Assembly (NCBI GenBank): GCA_023228995.1 | Contig: JALOAD010000001.1 | Coordinates: 84,603 to 148,602 of the forward strand | Source of the DNA: Candidatus Muiribacterium halophilum | GTDB taxonomy: Bacteria; Muiribacteriota; Muiribacteriia; Muiribacteriales; Muiribacteriaceae | Direction of reading: 5' to 3' | Length of the DNA: 64,000 nucleotides | Part shown: piece after piece, positions 36,665-46,739 of the stretch | Position numbering within the stretch: the stretch's first letter is position 1 | Layout: every line of letters starts with the position of its first letter | Position numbers and translations under genes: made by a program | Notes under the pieces: model-generated | Databases searched by the model: none | What the model was told of the DNA's origin: nothing | Seen by the model: only the letters and a program-made list of their open reading frames with translations

Positions 36665-39600
36665 TCAAAACAATTGTTGATTTTCTAATTTTTCTGTTCT
36701 AAATATTGATTTTTCAAGATTTTCATCCAAAGATATATTTTCAGAGTTTTTTATTTGTCTATCAATTTTCAAATATTCATCTTTTTCAAAAGTGCTTTTT
36801 TTAATTTTAAGCATATAAATTAGATTAAAACAGTTAAATATTGAATTTTGTTTAAGATCAGATAAACATATAAGCTGAGTATTAAATTTTTTGGCAATTT
36901 CAAATAAAGGAATAAGAAGATGTTGACTTGATATTGGACCGAATGGATTGTCCATTATAAGTATTCTTGAATCTTTTCCTGCTAAATTCTCAGAATTATT
37001 TATCATAGTATTATTTCTTATATATGCCATTAAAGCTGATATAACTGCAAAAAATACTACAAATTTTTCACCACCAGAATTTTCACTTATTGCACTTTCC
37101 CATTTTTTCCAACGATTATTTGCTGTATTAAGATCAATTTTATAAACACTTACTGGAATTGAATTTCTTCCTGAATACTGATTTATCAATTCTCTTGTAG
37201 ACATTAATCTAAAAATACTTTTATTTATTTTTTCGTTTTCATAATTTTGTCTTTTTTCTTCTCTAATATTTTGTATACAAGAATCAATATATTTTTCTAT
37301 TCTTTTTTTAGCATTTTCTTCATTATCAATATCTGTGTTTATCTTTATCATCTGAATTGGTCTGATTTTTTCTGATAATTTCACAGAAGATGATAATGCT
37401 ATTTTACCAAGTTCTTCAAATACTCTTTGAGCATGCACAAAACATTGAAATACAACATCATTTCTATTTTTTTCAACATTTTCAAGTCTTATTCTATTTA
37501 TTTCTATTAATTCACTTATTTTTATTATATAATCTTTTAATCTTTCAAAAAGATAATAATATTCATTGTATTTTTTATTTTTCCTTTCAATCATACTATC
37601 AATTGAAGTAAAAAGATTATCTATATTTTGATTTTTATGTTTAAATTCAGATCTTAATAATGAATAATTACCAATAAGCTGTTTTTCTTCATTATCCATT
37701 TGTTCTTTAAACAATTTATAATTACTTTCAAGATTTTTATAAATTATTTCAATGTTATCTTTTATATCAAATTCAATTATAGAGCTTGAAGGTAAATTTA
37801 AAATATCAATTCTTTGTTTAATTTTTTTAAATTCAGCAATTTCTTTTCTTAACTTTTTTTCAAGTAATATGTAATCTTTGCGATTTGAATTAATTGTATT
37901 TTTTCTTGCAATAAAATCTTGTTTGATATTTTCTCTTGGACAAGCTTTATCATAATCTAATCTTTCAATTTCCTTAAAAGCTTGTTCTTTCCCTCTATTT
38001 TCAGAACTTATATCTTTATCAACTATATTATAATCAGATATAATAGAATTTAGTTTATTATTTTGTAAATAGATATCAATTTCTGTTTTTTCTTCAATTT
38101 CTATGTTATATTCAATGTTATTCACTTCTTCTTCGTTAAATTTAAATCTTGAAAGTTCTTTTGTAAATTCTGATATTTCATTAATTGATTTTTCTTTTAA
38201 GATTATTAATGCTGAAAAATCTTTTGAATATTCTTTTTTCAAATTCTCATATATACTTAAAAGTTCTTCAATATTTTCTTTGAGTATTTCAGATTTTTCT
38301 TGAGCATTTGAGAATTTTAATTTATATTTTTCACATTCTGTTAATTTATTTTTTATAATTTCAATATTTTTATTTAATCCTGAAATTTCATTATTTATTT
38401 TTATAATTTCATTTTCATTTAATAAAATATCTTTATTGAGTTTTTCTATTGTTTTTTGAAGATTTTTTCTTTTTTCTAATATTCTGACATATTCTGAATC
38501 TTTCACTATAAATTCATTGAAATCATGTAATTTGACATTTAATAAATTGAGTTTATTTTGTTTTTCATTTAATTTATTTATATTATTCCTGATATTTATT
38601 TCTGCATTTTTATTTTCATTATTTAAAATTTCAATTTTTTTTTCTATTTCATTAGTTTTTTGTAATAAATCTCTTTCATTTTTTTCAGCTTGATATAAAA
38701 AATCCTCTTTATAATCAAATTCTTGAAGAATTCTAAAATCATTTGATGCAATATTATAAGAATTAGCAATATCCTTATATATATTTTCAAGAGATTTTTT
38801 TTCATTTTCTTTTTCATTAAGAAATTTTTCAGTTTTATCAATTTCAAATATTCGTTTTTCAACATTAACAATAAAATTCAAATCTTCATTGATTTTAATA
38901 AATACATTATTGTTTTCAAAATCAACATTTGTATTTTCATAAAAAAATAAAGGAATTGAACTTTTAATAAATTTATCTTTAAATACATCTTTAACTTTAT
39001 TAATTTGATCTTTTTTTAATATAATTGAATAAGCAAGAAGAGGATTTTTTTCAAGTAAAGAATTTCTATTATCTTTTTTTTGATTTTTAATAAAATTCTC
39101 ACCAGTTTCAAATTCAATATTATTATTAATCAAAATATCAATTATATTTTGATCTATATGAAGAGAATTTTGTTTAATTCCTTTAATAATATTTTCAATT
39201 AATTTTATATCAGAAGAAAGTTCTTTTTTTCTATTATCATAATCAATAAGAATATTTTTAAATTCAAATTCAATATGTTTTTTATCAAAAATTCTTTGTT
39301 TTTTTAATTCATATTTTTTTAATATTTCATAAGATTTATCTCTTTTATCTGTGAATAATGCAATTTCATCTATTTTTTTTTGATAAAGTAAAATATTATC
39401 TCTAACTTTATTAGAAAAGTCTTTGATTAAATCAGAATTATTTTGCAATTTATTTTCTAATTTTAAATTTTGCTCATTTATTTGTAAAATCTCATTATTA
39501 TGATTTGCAATTTTATTTTCAATTTCACTTATAAATAAATTAAACTCATCTATATCAATCTGCCCAAGAATATTTCTTAATATTTTAACATTATTATTTT

Positions 39601-41074
39601 TTTCAAAATCCAATTGATATTTTTCAAATATAATAGCTTTTTCATTTACAGAACCAAGACTAATATTAGAAGAATTAATTGTTTTTTTAAATTCTTTTTG
39701 TTTAATTAAAATTTCTTCAAGATTTTGCTTTGAAATTTGTTTATTATTTTCAATATTTTTATATTGATTTTGTAAATTTACAATTCTTTCATCAAACTTT
39801 ATTTTTAGAGAATATTCAATATGAGATAATCTTTCTTGTATATTGGAATTTTTTTCAAGACTTAAAATTTTTTCATTATAACCTTTTAAATCATTTTCAC
39901 AATTGATTTTTTTATCATAAATCTTTTTAAATCGAAGTTTTTCAAGAAATATATTAAGTTTTTTTATATTATCTTTTAAAATATTAATCTTTTCTAATAA
40001 TGTGATTTTTCTTTTTTCCAAAATTTCAAGCTTATCAACAGAATTATAATAATCAAGACTTCTTTCTTCATAATCAATATTTTTAAGAGAATATTCAGCT
40101 TGAATTAAAAATTTAGAAATATCATTTTCCTCTTTTTCAAGTTGTTCTATTTTATCACTTAAAATATTTTCAATATATTTAATTTTCTTTTCAGTATTTT
40201 CTTTATTTTCAATAATTGCAGTAAAAATCTCAATATCTTTTGAAAAATCCTCAAGTTTTTCTGAAAAATTCTGCAAAAGCTCTTTTTCAATAAGAAATTC
40301 CTCATTTCTAATTATTTCATCAACAAGATTAGACATCATTTGTCCAAGATGCCCAGCTTGATTTTTATCTTTATAGAAAACCTTTAATATTGTTTTATTT
40401 AAAAACCATTCATTAATCAATTGATCTGAATTTTTACATTTTTGAAAAATCTCATCAAGACCACCTTCACTATCATTTATACCAATGATTATATTTTTCC
40501 ATTCATCCTGAGAAATTCCATATTCAGATAAATGCTCTCTATATTCTTCCATATTTTCCTGAGAAAATATCCTAAAATCCATTGAAGATTTTTTAGCTCT
40601 TTCATCAGCAAATTCTCTAGCTTTTTTATAATTCATAACATTAATAACATTTCCTTTCCTAGCAGAAAAACCAATATTACTAATATCATAAGAATTTGAC
40701 TGTGAATATTTTGATGTAAACATAAAAAATCTAAGCCTTGAGTTTTTTTCTCCATCCATTCCATGAAACTCATGATTTTCACAAACAATACCTGTTAAAA
40801 GATAATCAGAAGAATAATCAAGTTTCCATTCTATCATTATAAAACAAGGTAATTTAGAAGTTTTAAAAAAATCAGCAAATTTTCTACCTTGAATCTTTGC
40901 CCCAGGTACAATTGGTTGAAGCATAACTTGAACAAGAACACTCTTTCCTCCACCATTTGCAAGACTTAAAAGAGCATTTTCACCTTTATAAAAATCAAAC
41001 ATTTCATCAGTAATATGTCTTGTAAAATTATTATATGAAAAATTAAGAACTCTTATTCGATTGATTTTAGGCAT
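36665..41074 (-). CDS. jetC: Wadjet JetC / MksB-like SMC-family ABC ATPase (1469 aa)
   Basis: N-terminal Walker A LANGGGKSVLVQV. Very long coiled-coil middle. C-terminal signature NSGGEKF and Walker B ILIMDNPFG. Last gene of the jetDABC operon. Confidence 0.75.
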   Translation of the reverse strand: MPKINRIRVLNFSYNNFTRHITDEMFDFYKGENALLSLANGGGKSVLVQVMLQPIVPGAKIQGRKFADFFKTSKLPCFIMIEWKLDYSSDYLLTGIVCENHEFHGMDGEKNSRLRFFMFTSKYSQSNSYDISNIGFSARKGNVINVMNYKKAREFADERAKKSSMDFRIFSQENMEEYREHLSEYGISQDEWKNIIIGINDSEGGLDEIFQKCKNSDQLINEWFLNKTILKVFYKDKNQAGHLGQMMSNLVDEIIRNEEFLIEKELLQNFSEKLEDFSKDIEIFTAIIENKENTEKKIKYIENILSDKIEQLEKEENDISKFLIQAEYSLKNIDYEERSLDYYNSVDKLEILEKRKITLLEKINILKDNIKKLNIFLEKLRFKKIYDKKINCENDLKGYNEKILSLEKNSNIQERLSHIEYSLKIKFDERIVNLQNQYKNIENNKQISKQNLEEILIKQKEFKKTINSSNISLGSVNEKAIIFEKYQLDFEKNNNVKILRNILGQIDIDEFNLFISEIENKIANHNNEILQINEQNLKLENKLQNNSDLIKDFSNKVRDNILLYQKKIDEIALFTDKRDKSYEILKKYELKKQRIFDKKHIEFEFKNILIDYDNRKKELSSDIKLIENIIKGIKQNSLHIDQNIIDILINNNIEFETGENFIKNQKKDNRNSLLEKNPLLAYSIILKKDQINKVKDVFKDKFIKSSIPLFFYENTNVDFENNNVFIKINEDLNFIVNVEKRIFEIDKTEKFLNEKENEKKSLENIYKDIANSYNIASNDFRILQEFDYKEDFLYQAEKNERDLLQKTNEIEKKIEILNNENKNAEINIRNNINKLNEKQNKLNLLNVKLHDFNEFIVKDSEYVRILEKRKNLQKTIEKLNKDILLNENEIIKINNEISGLNKNIEIIKNKLTECEKYKLKFSNAQEKSEILKENIEELLSIYENLKKEYSKDFSALIILKEKSINEISEFTKELSRFKFNEEEVNNIEYNIEIEEKTEIDIYLQNNKLNSIISDYNIVDKDISSENRGKEQAFKEIERLDYDKACPRENIKQDFIARKNTINSNRKDYILLEKKLRKEIAEFKKIKQRIDILNLPSSSIIEFDIKDNIEIIYKNLESNYKLFKEQMDNEEKQLIGNYSLLRSEFKHKNQNIDNLFTSIDSMIERKNKKYNEYYYLFERLKDYIIKISELIEINRIRLENVEKNRNDVVFQCFVHAQRVFEELGKIALSSSVKLSEKIRPIQMIKINTDIDNEENAKKRIEKYIDSCIQNIREEKRQNYENEKINKSIFRLMSTRELINQYSGRNSIPVSVYKIDLNTANNRWKKWESAISENSGGEKFVVFFAVISALMAYIRNNTMINNSENLAGKDSRILIMDNPFGPISSQHLLIPLFEIAKKFNTQLICLSDLKQNSIFNCFNLIYMLKIKKSTFEKDEYLKIDRQIKNSENISLDENLEKSIFRTEKLENQQLF

Positions 41075-41766
41075 TATATTGCATCCTCAAATATTTCTCT
41101 AATATCTTTAACTCTATCCTGATCAAGATAATAATTTATCATTATATCATCAAGCTTAGATGTAGATCTAATTTCTCTATTATCATCAAGTATAATAATA
41201 AGATCTTCTTTTTGCATAAATCTTGCAGCTTTAATAACAGTATAAGTTTTAGTTTTTCTTGAATTTTCATCATATCCTTGTTTTGAATCCCATTCTTGAG
41301 CTATTTTTATAAAATTAATACTATATTTTTCTTCCATTTTTTCATAATCTTCCGAATTTGAAAGAATACGAATAAATCTTTCATCAAGTTTTTCAACAAT
41401 TTCATGAATTCTAATAAAATCTCTTTGTTTTGGATTACGATTTTTACCACCATAAAAAATATGAAGAATAAACATAGATATATACGAATTAAGAAATACA
41501 TCAACAAGTCTTGCATCACTTCCTAACCATTCTCTCATATTTTTAGAAGTCCATCCCAAAAGATCATTTGAAGAATTCGGGATAATATAAGCTATATGAG
41601 AAAGTTCAACAATATCAAATTCAAAAACTTCTTCAAAATCATATAGAATAGTTCTAATATCAGGATTTTTAAATTCAATAAATAATTCAAGATCATTATC
41701 CTTAGATAATTCACCTTTTTTTAGAAGTATTCTAAATATATTAAGAGCTGTTTTTAATTCACTCAT
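41074..41766 (-). CDS. jetB: Wadjet JetB / MksE-like (DUF4194-type) subunit
   Basis: 230-aa acidic helical protein between the kleisin-like and SMC-like genes. 1-nt and 4-nt start/stop overlaps. Confidence 0.55.
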   Translation of the reverse strand: MSELKTALNIFRILLKKGELSKDNDLELFIEFKNPDIRTILYDFEEVFEFDIVELSHIAYIIPNSSNDLLGWTSKNMREWLGSDARLVDVFLNSYISMFILHIFYGGKNRNPKQRDFIRIHEIVEKLDERFIRILSNSEDYEKMEEKYSINFIKIAQEWDSKQGYDENSRKTKTYTVIKAARFMQKEDLIIILDDNREIRSTSKLDDIMINYYLDQDRVKDIREIFEDAI

Positions 41767-43376
41767 ATTTGAACCTCAATAAGAAAATCAGACAATATTA
41801 TTTTTTTATTAATATTTAAATTATTTTCAGATATTGTATATTCACATTCAAAATTCACATTGTCATCCTTTGATATTTTAATACTAATAACATTATAAAT
41901 ATCAGGATTTTCATCCTCAATAGCATATAAACAAACATTAGCATCAAACTCGCCAGATATATCAGCAATAATATTTTCTCTTTCTTTCTTCCAAGCTATA
42001 ATATCAAGCAATCCAATATCATAAAGCTTTAACATTGTTCTAAATATTCTTTCTTCACTTGTAAAAACATCAATATTTTCATATTTTTCATTAAGAAAAC
42101 TAAAAAAATCAGAAAATCTAAATTTATTAAACTCTTTTCCATAAATCATAATATTTTTCACAATATCAATATAAGCATTTGTTCTTTCTTTTTCAAGAAA
42201 AATAATACTTTCATCATTTTCAGTTAAATTTTCCACAATATCAGAAAAATTAGCAAATTCTTTTTCCCTAAGCTTGTATTGTCTTTCATATAATTTAATT
42301 AAATTAAGTATATTTTTAATATCTGGTTTAAAAATTGGATTAAAAAGTTTCCATAAACAACAATATTTATCCTCAGATAATTTTTCCATAACACAAAGAA
42401 TTTCATCTTCAATATCAAATCTTCTATTAATTGTTTTTGAAAAAGAATCTCCAATTGTGTCAATATATATTTTAGATAAATTATGCCTATTTATAATCAA
42501 TTCTCTCTGTTCAGAAACAGTTCTATCAATGTTTTTTAGAATTTCAGCAATATCATTTTTAGCTTTTCTAATTTCCACATTATCACTATCAGAATTTTCA
42601 TCTTTAAACAAATTAAATTCAGATAATTTCACAGTTTTATGAATATCATCCATAACTTTATACTCATCTTCAAGAAGAGCATAAGTACCCTTGATAATAA
42701 TTTCATACTCAGCAACATCAACTGAATAAATATTTTCACGAAGTTTTTCAAGAAATCTTAAAATCTCTGATTTTTTTTGCCTAACCATTTGAACAAGACT
42801 TCTGCTTTGCAATACAGCTTTTTTGTAATTTTTACGCTTAATAAGTTCTTTAAGTTTTAATTCTTCAATAGTAAAACTAATTTCATCATCAACTTCCTTT
42901 GTCCTAAAAAGAAAATCATAACCTTGATCAGTAAGTCTATAAATAACTTTATAACTTTTTTCAGTATAAATAACTTTATCATCAATAAGTTTAACCCTAT
43001 ATTTAATTTTTCCAGCAGAATAATCCATAATATCAAAAAATCTTGGTTTACCACCATTTTGAAGAATATCCTTAACAAGATATTCAGCCAAAATTAAATT
43101 ATCAATATCAATTTCACCATAAAAAGGAAGAATTAAACCAAGAAAATCCGCAATATTATTAATACTACATTCATTATCTTCTGAAAGAGTTTTTTCCATT
43201 ATAAAAACAAGAAGAGAAAAAAGAATATTTTCCAAATCACCTGAATTAAAACGATTTTCAATATCCATTTTACGCTCTCTGCGATTAACAATAGAATCAA
43301 CAGCCCCAGAAACCTGCATTCTTTTATAAAAACCCTCAAGATATTCAGGATATTTAGCAATCACAATTTTCTCCAA
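41763..43376 (-). CDS. jetA: Wadjet JetA / MksF-like kleisin-type subunit (DUF3375-type)
   Basis: 537 aa. Position and size fit jetA. Helical with winged-helix-like segments. Confidence 0.55.
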   Translation of the reverse strand: MEKIVIAKYPEYLEGFYKRMQVSGAVDSIVNRRERKMDIENRFNSGDLENILFSLLVFIMEKTLSEDNECSINNIADFLGLILPFYGEIDIDNLILAEYLVKDILQNGGKPRFFDIMDYSAGKIKYRVKLIDDKVIYTEKSYKVIYRLTDQGYDFLFRTKEVDDEISFTIEELKLKELIKRKNYKKAVLQSRSLVQMVRQKKSEILRFLEKLRENIYSVDVAEYEIIIKGTYALLEDEYKVMDDIHKTVKLSEFNLFKDENSDSDNVEIRKAKNDIAEILKNIDRTVSEQRELIINRHNLSKIYIDTIGDSFSKTINRRFDIEDEILCVMEKLSEDKYCCLWKLFNPIFKPDIKNILNLIKLYERQYKLREKEFANFSDIVENLTENDESIIFLEKERTNAYIDIVKNIMIYGKEFNKFRFSDFFSFLNEKYENIDVFTSEERIFRTMLKLYDIGLLDIIAWKKERENIIADISGEFDANVCLYAIEDENPDIYNVISIKISKDDNVNFECEYTISENNLNINKKIILSDFLIEVQI

Positions 43377-44418
43377 GAAATTTCATAAAAACCTCATAAT
43401 TAACAATTTCTTGCGGAATATACAACTTAGAATTAAGAATAAATTTAATATTATTTTGAATTTCAAAGTTAAAATAATCTAAAAAAACATCAATATCAAT
43501 ATTTTTCTTCCTTAAAGAAAAACATTTAGGCAAATTAATATTATAAGATAATTTTATCATTAATTCGTATAATCGCATAAACGGATATACCAAACATTCA
43601 GAATTATTACTCAAAATCCTCATAAAAATATCAACACCCTCAAAATCCAAATCACCAAAATATAAAAAATCAACTTTATCAGCAATATTATTTTCTAAAA
43701 TATACAATCTATAATAATCAAGAGCATTTTTTCTTGTAATTTTATTACCCTCACCGTAAATCAAAACATCAATATAAAGACCAAAAATCAAATTCTCACC
43801 TTTATTTTGAATAGCTTTTTTCAAAGAAAACCAAGTATCTTTATTTTCAATAACAAGAATTTTCATATCTTTATTTTTCCCACAAACATATTCAAAAAAC
43901 GGTTCATAAGTATCAAAAAAATTAAGAAAATTCAATTCAAGCTTATTAAATTTAAAAACCTGTTCTAAAAGAGATAAATTTTTTTCAATAAATTTTTCAT
44001 AAAGAAATATTTCAAAAGATCTTTCATTTCTTGAAATCTTCAATTTAGGAATACAATTATTTTGCCATAAATAATCAGAAATAGGTTCTAAAACACATTT
44101 ATGAATATTATATTTTTGAGGATATTTAAGATATTTTTCAATACAAAAAACAGGATTCAACCTTCTAATTTCTTCAAAAACAACATTATTATAAGGTTTA
44201 TCAGCAACAATTCTATATCTATTAAATAAAGGAAATTTAATATTACCATCAGTATTAGAAGCTTTTATCCTACAAATAATATTTTCATTTTCAAGAATTG
44301 AAATTTTTTGAAAAAGTTCACAATTCTGTTTTTCGTCAATAATAACAGCAATTTCTTTAAGAGTAATTGTCTTTTTTTTATATTTTTGTAATTTTTTCCT
44401 AATCAAATTTATATTCAA
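43354..44418 (-). CDS. jetD: Wadjet JetD / MksG-like nuclease subunit (C-terminal Toprim, DUF2220-type)
   Basis: Toprim acidic motifs ILVIENKDTW (Glu) and LYFGDLDFEGVDIF (DxD) about 54 aa apart in the C-terminal half. First gene of the operon, as in mksGFEB. Confidence 0.65.
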   Translation of the reverse strand: MNINLIRKKLQKYKKKTITLKEIAVIIDEKQNCELFQKISILENENIICRIKASNTDGNIKFPLFNRYRIVADKPYNNVVFEEIRRLNPVFCIEKYLKYPQKYNIHKCVLEPISDYLWQNNCIPKLKISRNERSFEIFLYEKFIEKNLSLLEQVFKFNKLELNFLNFFDTYEPFFEYVCGKNKDMKILVIENKDTWFSLKKAIQNKGENLIFGLYIDVLIYGEGNKITRKNALDYYRLYILENNIADKVDFLYFGDLDFEGVDIFMRILSNNSECLVYPFMRLYELMIKLSYNINLPKCFSLRKKNIDIDVFLDYFNFEIQNNIKFILNSKLYIPQEIVNYEVFMKFLGENCDC

Positions 44419-44450
44419 AACAAAAACCCCTAAATTTAATTTCCCCGATT

Positions 44451-45302
44451 TTATACCGATTTTAAAGCTATTTCCCTAAATCCTTCTCCTACCATTTTTT
44501 GTCTATATTCTCTAGTTGACCTAATATCACTAATTGGTTTTGATTCTTCACTCACCATATTTGCAACTTTTTCAATAAGTTCAGGAGAAAGTTTCTGACC
44601 TTTTAACATTTGTTCAGCTTTTTCACATCTCAAAGCCCTTACTGCAACTGCTCCAATAGCTATTTTTGCTTTTTTAATTGTAATTTCATCATTTTCATAT
44701 TCAAATACTACTGCTGTTGAACATTTCTGAATTGAAACTTCAGGTCTTTGAGCAAATTTTCTATAAGCTTGATAATTTTTTGAATTAATTATAGGAATTT
44801 CAAGTTTTTCAATTATTTCACCAGTTTCTAAAGCAGTTTGACAAACTCCTTTTGGAAAATCTTTTAATTCAATTATTTTTCTGTTATTTTCTGAAACTAT
44901 ATGGATTTTTGCATCAAGTGCCATTAAAATCGGCATTGAATCAGAAACAGGAGAACAATTCGCTAAATTTCCACCCAAAGTTGCTTGATTTCTAATCTGT
45001 AATGAACCAATTAATTCAATTGCTTGAATTAATCCAGGAAAGTTTTCTTTTACAATAGTATTTTTGATTATATCTGTAAGTTTTTCAGCAGCTCCGATAA
45101 ATATACTATTATCTTTTTTTTCAATTCCTTTAAGTTCTAGCATATCTCCAATATACAAAAGTCCAGAAGTTCGTAAATATCCTTCTTTTACTTTTATCAT
45201 AACATCAGTTCCACCAGCAAATGGAAGATAATTTTTTTTCATATAATTAAAAACATCGGTATAACCTTCAGCTTTATAAAATTCAAATTCTTTTTCTATC
45301 AT
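44451..45302 (-). CDS. Molybdo-hydroxylase FAD-binding subunit (XdhB/CoxM family)
   Basis: FAD_binding_5 motif LPFAGGTDVMIKVKEG. CO-dehydrogenase-flavoprotein C-terminal domain. Confidence 0.8.
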   Translation of the reverse strand: MIEKEFEFYKAEGYTDVFNYMKKNYLPFAGGTDVMIKVKEGYLRTSGLLYIGDMLELKGIEKKDNSIFIGAAEKLTDIIKNTIVKENFPGLIQAIELIGSLQIRNQATLGGNLANCSPVSDSMPILMALDAKIHIVSENNRKIIELKDFPKGVCQTALETGEIIEKLEIPIINSKNYQAYRKFAQRPEVSIQKCSTAVVFEYENDEITIKKAKIAIGAVAVRALRCEKAEQMLKGQKLSPELIEKVANMVSEESKPISDIRSTREYRQKMVGEGFREIALKSV

Positions 45303-45314
45303 AATTCACTCCCT

Positions 45315-46085
45315 TTAATCTTTCATAGGACAAACTGATTTGCCTGTATTTTTTACTGCAATAATTTCAGCAAGTATTGAAATAGCTATTTCAAAAGGTG
45401 AATCTCCGCCTAATTTAACTCCAATTGGTGTAAAAATAGTATTGATAAAATTCTGACTTACACCATGTTCTAAAAGATCTGATTTTAATTTTGCAACTTT
45501 ACTTTTAGAACCAATACAACCAACATAGGAAGTTTTTTTACCTTTTGAAACATACAATAAAGCTTGCATATCAAAAGCATGACCATGTGTTAAAACAACA
45601 ACATAATCTCCTTCTTCAATACAATTTTCAAGTCCAATAAAATCTTCAAGATATTCAACTTTATATTCATTACTTAAACTCTCAACTCTATCTTTTCTAT
45701 TATCAAAAGCTATAATATCAAAATCCCTTGTTTCATTTACTATTCTTAAGAGTTCTTTACCGATATGTCCTGCTCCTGCAATAACAATTCTTGATTTTCT
45801 TTTAATAACTTCAATATACACAGATGTTTTTCCTCCACAAGTCATATTAACATCAGAAAGTGTGAACTCTTCAAATGAAGTAATATTCTTTTTGATATTT
45901 TCAACAGCTTTTTTAATAATAAGTTTTTCAAGATTTCCTCCACCTACAGTTCCTTCAATAGAACTATCTGGAAAAACTATCATTCTAAACCCTGATTTAC
46001 CCGGAGATGAACCATCAATACTTACAATTGTACATATTGCAAATTCTATATTCTGTCTTACAAGTTCTGCTATTTTATTAAACAT
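45315..46085 (-). CDS. XdhC/CoxI-family molybdenum cofactor insertion accessory protein
   Basis: XdhC_CoxI N-domain + Rossmann-like C-domain (IVIAGAGHIGKEL). Confidence 0.75.
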   Translation of the reverse strand: MFNKIAELVRQNIEFAICTIVSIDGSSPGKSGFRMIVFPDSSIEGTVGGGNLEKLIIKKAVENIKKNITSFEEFTLSDVNMTCGGKTSVYIEVIKRKSRIVIAGAGHIGKELLRIVNETRDFDIIAFDNRKDRVESLSNEYKVEYLEDFIGLENCIEEGDYVVVLTHGHAFDMQALLYVSKGKKTSYVGCIGSKSKVAKLKSDLLEHGVSQNFINTIFTPIGVKLGGDSPFEIAISILAEIIAVKNTGKSVCPMKD

Positions 46086-46180
46086 TATTTACCTCAACTT
46101 TAATACAATTAGTACATTAGATGAAATTAACGACTACTAAAGTAGTCTAATTAACGCAACTTCGTTATAATATAACTTCG

Positions 46181-46223
46181 TTGCTAATTAGGTGCAAAGC
46201 ACCGCTAATGCTCTTTCTTGCTT
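46181..46223. repeat. Conserved 43-bp intergenic element, copy 1 (TTGCTAATTAGGTGCAAAGCACCGCTAATGCTCTTTCTTGCTT), containing the hairpin GGTGC-aaa-GCACC
   Basis: 42/43 identical to 58387-58429. Lies inside the xdh operon between the FeS-subunit and xdhC genes. Confidence 0.8.
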
Positions 46224-46277
46224 CTTTAATTTTTCATTATTAATTTTTAATTATTCATTATCAGACTTTAGTCTGAT

Positions 46278-46739
46278 CTATTTCCTTGTTTTTAATGCTT
46301 CATCTATTCCATTAACTATATATTCATAACCAGTACATCTGCAAAGATTTCCAGAAATAGCTCTTTTAATTTCATCTCTTGAAAAATCTCTATCCTGAAT
46401 AAAAAGTGCATAAGCTGACATAACCATACCTGGTGTGCAAAATCCACATTGAACAGCTCCTGCTTCGACAAGTTTTTGTTGAATAATATGAAGTTGTCCG
46501 TTTTTGGAAATTCCTTCAATTGTTAAAACTTCTTTACCATGAACAACTGGAGCTAAAACAGTGCATGAAGTAACAGCTTTATTATCCATTACAACAGTAC
46601 AAGCTCCACATTCTCCTTTATCACAGCCTTTTTTTGTACCTGTAAGTCCAAAAATATCTCTAATCATTCTTAATAGTGAAAAATGTTCAGGAACATCACA
46701 TTTCACCTTTTCATTATTTAATGTAAATTCAACAATCAT
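46278..46739 (-). CDS. Molybdo-hydroxylase [2Fe-2S]-binding small subunit
   Basis: Plant-type ferredoxin motif CDKGECGACTV and second cluster motif CGFCTPGM...CRCTGY. Confidence 0.9.
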   Translation of the reverse strand: MIVEFTLNNEKVKCDVPEHFSLLRMIRDIFGLTGTKKGCDKGECGACTVVMDNKAVTSCTVLAPVVHGKEVLTIEGISKNGQLHIIQQKLVEAGAVQCGFCTPGMVMSAYALFIQDRDFSRDEIKRAISGNLCRCTGYEYIVNGIDEALKTRK

